A stretch of 64,000 bases of DNA from Rhodosorus marinus CCMP1338 (lineage: Eukaryota; Plantae; Rhodophyta), in the NCBI GenBank assembly GCA_029953675.1, contig JAMWBK010000001.1:3534001-3598000 (forward strand), given 5' to 3'. Numbering within the stretch: the first letter of the stretch is position 1; each line of letters opens with the position of its first letter. Made by a program: the position numbers and the translations under genes. This document shows positions 58,358 to 64,000 of the stretch, one piece after another. The notes beneath the pieces are model-generated. The model was not told the origin of the DNA, ran no database searches, and saw only the letters and a program-made list of their open reading frames with translations.

Positions 58358-59613
58358 GCGCGTTGCTCACCGTGCCTAATACAACCAAGCCGTCCACTCA
58401 AAATGCTAGTTCAGACGAGTATCGGTTTACGGCGATGAAAAGCGCTTCGAACGCGCGGGGGTGATGTGATGCTCCGAGCGAGAGAAGAAGAGGATGTCGT
58501 CGAGGTAGTTATGATCTGTGCCAGGGCAGTAGAAATCCCTCCATTGTCCACTGGGATGCCGTTTCCGAACAAAAAAGGCCAAAACCGGGCTAGAACGAAG
58601 ACGGTCCCGGTTTTCAATTTTGGGTTACCTGGAGGGAAGAGGTGAGGAAATCCAAAAAAGAGCTTCTATTTTGTTGTACAGAAACGATAAGAGTGGACCC
58701 CACCCTCCCCAAACACAGCGCTCCAGACACTTACTCCGGAGGACCCCTGACCGGAGGCGCCCAATCCTCCGCAGTGCGTCTCCTATCCCGAATGAAAACG
58801 CCACTATCAAAAATGTAAAAGAAAACTATTAATATTAAACCAATTATAACTAACCAATTCAAACTTTGACCAATGAATACCCGAGAAACATACATATCAT
58901 TGTAAAATATGAAAAAACTGGTTTTCATGGAGTGATCTGTTTGTTTGAGATCTTGGCGTTTGACGTCCTGATGGACGACTCCAACCAGCAAAATCGCACA
59001 ATAATTTACAAAAACCAATAAAAATACAACCAATCCAGAACGATAAAATCCAAGATCTGACCAATTAACAAGAAATACATAAACAATCTTCCTAAAAGTA
59101 ACTGAAAACTTGTTTTCACATTTGTCCCGGCATCCTTGGCGTCTTACGTCTTGATGGGGGTACCCCAGGGACTACAATATTGTACCGTAAGATAATATAT
59201 ATATAATCCAATTACATATCGTGAAGATAAAATTGACCAATTAATATTGAGTTGGTTGGAAATTTGAAAAGTGAATGTTTTTGAGAGGTGTCGAATGTCT
59301 GGTGTTGATCATGGACTCCGTTGGGGTTCTGAGTGTATAAAATGCCTTTTTGAGGAAGAGGATGAGTTGGAGGAAGGAAGAAGAGTTGGGGGTGGAAGGA
59401 GGAGGGGGACGGGTTGTAGGTTGGATGGGTATGAAGGAGGAAGTGAGGGGATAAGGAGATTGGGTGATGCGGAAATAGTGAAATAGAGTCTTTCGGATTT
59501 TGTTCCTCGGTTGAAAGAAGCAATAGAGTTTTTTTTGGTTTTTTCTTTCTTTCTTTGCCCTCTTTGGTGGTTTTTGTTTTTGGGACCTCCGCTGCTAGGG
59601 TTGCTAGGACAGG

Positions 59614-61297
59614 ATGACGTTGTAAGCACATATTTTTTCCTTCCCCCAGAATCTGCTGTTCCTTTTTTTGTGTCGTCTCGTGTTGTGAACACGCAGATGT
59701 GCAAAGTCTTTGTTGTTTCTCCCTGGATGGAACGTTTCTCTTAAGGCCAAAGCTGAGTTCAGTGTTTGGGTGGATTTTTTTTTCTTGTGTTTCCTTTGGT
59801 GTTTCTTTTGTGTGGTGGCAGGGAGGGCAAGTCGGGAGAAGGAACCAGTCCGGTAACGGGTGATACCAAGTCGAAGTGGGCGTACTTGGATCGTATCATT
59901 GCGAGGTTGACGGGCTTGAACGCAATGCTGAGGCTTCCCGTGTCCTTGTCGCCGGAAGAACTTAACTATTTATGTAAGGAAGGAATTGAGACCTTGATGA
60001 GCGAGCCGACTTTGGTAAGCACCACCCAAGTCCGGTGGCCACTTCCCCTCAGCAATTCACCAAGTCGAGATCTCCGCCCTTGTTGAACAGCTCGAGTTGG
60101 AAGCTCCAATAAAAGTTTGCGGTGATATTCATGGGCAGTATTTAGACCTTCTTCGTCTTTTTGAATACGGGTAATCAAGGATCAAGAAACTTACTTTGTG
60201 AAAAAAATGCCTTGTCATATCTCAAAATCTGCGTCTCTCCTCTTCTGTGCTCAAGGGGACAACCGCCGGAGTGCAAATACCTATTCCTCGGCGACTACGT
60301 GGACAGAGGAAAGCACAGCATAGAGACTATCTGTCTTCTACTGGCTTTCAAGATCCGGTATCCTGACAAGTTTTTCATCCTTCGCGGCAACCACGAATGT
60401 GCTTCGATAAATCGTATCTACGGATTCTTTGACGAGTGCCGGAGAAGGTATGGGAAATTTTACGAGTCCCAATCAGCTGCAAAGCCACTTCACATCAACG
60501 ATGCTCAGCCTGGTTTCCACCTCTTTTGAACAGGTACAACGCTAAAGTATGGAAAACCTTTTGCGACGTATTCAACAGCATGCCAATCGCCGCGATTATT
60601 GACGACAGAATATTTTGTACGCATGGCGGTTTGTCGCCAGAGCTGACATCGATGGAGCAGATCAAGAGGATCCCTAGACCCACCGATGTCCCCGATCAAG
60701 GTAGGTGCACACGAAATATTCCGGCTTGGCTGCTGCGGAAATCTTATGGGAAATGTCAAATTGTCGCAGGCCTTTTGTGTGACCTCCTTTGGAGTGATCC
60801 GGATGGGGAAATCCGGGGCTGGGGTGAAAACGATAGAGGGGTATCGTTCACATTTGGCGAGGACATTGTTGGCAAATTTTTGGCGCGCTTTGATTTCGAC
60901 CTCATTGCGAGAGCGCATCAGGTGAGTTTCGCTGGAGTTAGGCGCCCACGAGTTTTCGGCAAAGTTGCTAAATGCACAGTCGCTCTCCTGCTCATCAAAG
61001 GTGGTCGAAGATGGTTATGAGTTTTTCTCAGGGCGGAGGTTGGTGACAATCTTCTCTGCTCCAAACTACTGTGGAGAGTTTGACAACGCTGGAGCCATGA
61101 TGAGCATCAACGAGGACCTGCTATGCAGTACGTTTTACCTCCCAGAACGTCTAGACTCTTCCCGCGTTGTTGTAGAGACGCACCCCGAGGAAGCTACGAA
61201 ACGATTTGAGATCGTACTCACGTCCCCTCGTCTCGTTTGTGCGCTGTTCGTAGGTTTTCAAGTGTTGAAGCCGCATACTAGAAAGGATTCTGGTTAA
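59614..61297 (+). CDS. PP1: Serine/threonine protein phosphatase 1 catalytic subunit, multi-exon (5' exons tentative)
   Basis: [56 protein letters not shown]|[25 protein letters not shown]. Confidence 0.95.
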
Positions 61298-62242
61298 GTT
61301 CCGTCTTAAAAATGCTACGAAACGAAATGGATAACGAGCATCTACAGGGTATAGGACAACCAAGGCATTCGCCAATTTTGGAGAGTCTGCGAATGCAAGG
61401 GCTTTCCAGTTGCGTGCAGGCTGCTTGGATGTGGAGGATATCGAGGTCAGATCAGGACCAGCCATGATACCTTTTGGTAGGTGGGCTCTCAATTTGCTAC
61501 CGTGAGAAGCAGAAGACGGGGGTGAGACCTACGCTTGAGGTTTGTGACAATTCTTCGGGAAACAGCATCCCAGCTACTGCAAGCGACTCCGCTGAGCGCG
61601 TAATAGTCTCTTCGGGAGTAAAATAATTTCAATTTAGGAGTTGGAACCCTGATTCCCATGGTCGTATCTCTTATCATCAACCCCCAGGGCGGGCTTGCGA
61701 AAGCCATCGACAACCACGCCATCATGTGATCCGTTCAAGATCTCCGCAGTCCCACAAACAAATGCCTCCATCCATTCTCCACCAAGGCTCTAATAAGCTC
61801 CCCTCCTCTGCAATGTACGTAAACCAACAGTTCCTCATCCCTCCGGCCTCCCTCCCCCAGTCCAAGACCCATCACGCCCACTTCTCCCGACCAACTCCCT
61901 CCCCCTCTCCACAGCACAGAATGAATTCCGGAGAAAAACCCGATATATAAATCTTCGGGGAAATGTCGTTAGTACAGCTTAATAGCGATAGTAGCAATTT
62001 TACTAGCAAATATAATTTAATTATGATATTTGTTTTAAGTAATATTATGTAAATTAAGATTTATGATCGGTGAAACTGGATGTTGTTTTGATTTGTTTTG
62101 AAAGGTTTCTGTGGTCGACGGCGAAAATAGAATAAATATATGTATATTTGGTTGAAGTAAGGTCGGGGATAGTGGAGTTGAGGACCTGTGGGTGACTGTT
62201 GGACGGGGGAGCTTGTTCAGAATTAGATGAGAAAACCACACG

Positions 62243-62839
62243 ATGGGCCGAATGAAGAGAACAAGGAAATTTGCTGAAGTGAAGAGAAAACTGAATCCCA
62301 ACGATGATCGACTGAAGACGATGGCGCTGAGCAAGGCGCGTGCAGCTCCGATTGTTGGTAAGGTTTCGGATGAGGATAAGCTGGCGAAGACGCCGACACC
62401 GACGTCGATGTTTTTCAACTATAATTCTGCGCTTGGACCGCCCTACCATGTGCTTTTGGACACGAATTTCTTCAACTTCAGCATCAAGAACAAGCTGGAC
62501 GTGAGGCGGTCGCTTCTGGATTGCCTTATGGCGCCCAACTTCGGTTGTGTCACGGACTGCGTTATGGGAGAGCTTCAAAAGTTGGGTTCAAAGTACAAAC
62601 TCGCTCTGAAAATTGCAAAGGATAAGCGTTTTGTTCGGCTGCCATGTTCACACCAAGGAACCTACGCCGATGACTGCCTTGTCGACCGCGTCATCGCCAA
62701 CAGAATCTACATCGTCGCGACTTGTGATCGAGACCTCAAACGAAGAATCCGGAAGGTCACTGGCGTCCCAATAATGTACATTTCCAGCCATAAATACGCT
62801 ATCGAAAGGCTGCCGGATGCTATCGCTCCGGCAAAGTAA
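62243..62839 (+). CDS. FCF1: rRNA-processing PIN-domain protein FCF1/UTP24, intronless
   Basis: [77 protein letters not shown]. Confidence 0.96.
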   Translation: MGRMKRTRKFAEVKRKLNPNDDRLKTMALSKARAAPIVGKVSDEDKLAKTPTPTSMFFNYNSALGPPYHVLLDTNFFNFSIKNKLDVRRSLLDCLMAPNFGCVTDCVMGELQKLGSKYKLALKIAKDKRFVRLPCSHQGTYADDCLVDRVIANRIYIVATCDRDLKRRIRKVTGVPIMYISSHKYAIERLPDAIAPAK

Positions 62840-63531
62840 TGCTTTGGCAGAATGTATATAAAGATGATTTAATATTCACAAAAGAAGGAGCCAGTGCTCA
62901 TCTTTGCCATCAAGAAACACGCTCTCTACGATGTTTGTCCATCTGCCTAAACGAACCATGATACATACGGTCCTCACCCGACGACAACCGTTCCTCTCTA
63001 CTTCGATATGCGGAACAGCAAAAAGAGTCCTGCAAGAGGATCAACGACCGGTGTCACCAGTGTCGTTTTGACAACAACGAAGACGCTCTGGAGGAGCCCT
63101 ATTCAATCCTCCCGAAACGGACAAGACACAGACTGTCCTCGCCAGCCCTCATCCTCTTCTTTGTCCAGATGAGGAATAGTGAGGGTCCAGCTCTGAGGAT
63201 CACATGCTTGCAGGCTGGGAACTTCTCAAGCACAGACTGTCCGCATCGCCTTTCTAGGTTCGAGATTGAGGAACAGTCAAAAGTCCGCAACGTGCATCGA
63301 CGATAGCAATCCCGGGTCGTTGACTGAGATACGGGTTATTCTCACCAGTCGTCAACGCCTCCTAGTGCGATATGATGACCAGTCAGAATCCGCCGCGGAC
63401 ATCGACGACGGCATTCCCAGCTCGCAGGCGGAGATGCAGACTCTCTTCACCCCTCCACCTCTGCGCTGCTGTTGGCATTGGTCTGGGAGACGAGACGGCC
63501 GGTTACCCGTACGCCTTCTCTTCTTTCCGTA

Positions 63532-64000
63532 TTAAGAGGATTTATGCTGCGAGTTCATCTCCAAACCTCTAATCGTCTGAAACCTGGCAGGATTTGGATG
63601 GGGATGGCTGAGTCACAGAGTGTCCACCTTCCGCAGGAATCAACCATAAGCTTACAATTGTACGTCTTCCGCATTGAGGTATGGACGTCGTCTTTCGTCG
63701 TGGAGTGCCGAGTCTGACAGGATCTCCGAGACGTGTTTGATGTACCTATCGGTGATCGATGTGATCTCTTCAAGATCAGAACTGCCTGCGGGTTTGGAGG
63801 AACAGCATGTCAGCAGGAGGGGACTGGTGTGCCTTTTCACCAGGAAGGCTTTCTTACTGAGTTCTTGAAGCTCGTTTGTCGTCCTGTCAAGTTCTTTGAG
63901 AAGAAGGACTGAGCAGATGACATTGGAGGTTTCTTCTGGTTCAGGAAACGCTGACGATGAATCTTCGGTCGCCTCTCGGTCGAGGTTGTAGCGAAATTTG
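63532..64000 (-). CDS. 3' part of a multi-exon hypothetical protein running off the window
   Basis: Phase-consistent exons ..LQEL|SSSDLEEIT..AEDVQ|LFQTIRG..KSS* with GTAAG donors. Confidence 0.45.

Overview
Eukaryotic nuclear DNA with compact genes, short GT-AG introns and AT-rich intergenic islands. It is most likely a red alga; this is inferred from M-x(0-2)-[AG]F[VC] plastid-type transit peptides and a secreted Hog-Hint protein. About 19 protein-coding genes are recognisable: DOMON-Hint, MSP1/ATAD1, NZF-RING-H2 E3 ligase, two LITAF paralogs, organellar uL13, mTERF-like, GST, Spondin_N, TMEM104-like transporter, ascorbate-oxidase-like multicopper oxidase, Pumilio, ELL, SSXT-Myb, prfB, CinA/MoCF-domain protein, PPR, PP1 and FCF1, plus a partial gene at the right edge. 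Transposon debris lies at about 7.4-9.7, 17.3-19.2, 26.6-30.5 and 33.3-40 kb. The most striking structure is a 1,212-bp copia-derived insertion (37094-38305) bounded by TG..CA ends and a GAAGG target-site duplication. It contains one LTR, a PBS, a truncated gag and a 375-bp inverted duplication of gag, so it could act as a Mu-killer-like hairpin-RNA locus. Other highlights are a secreted DOMON-mucin-Hedgehog-type Hint autoprocessing protein, an SSXT-Myb fusion, a 10-nt micro-exon and strong sense-strand C depletion at gene 5' ends. Exon boundaries were read by eye and are approximate. No database searches were run.
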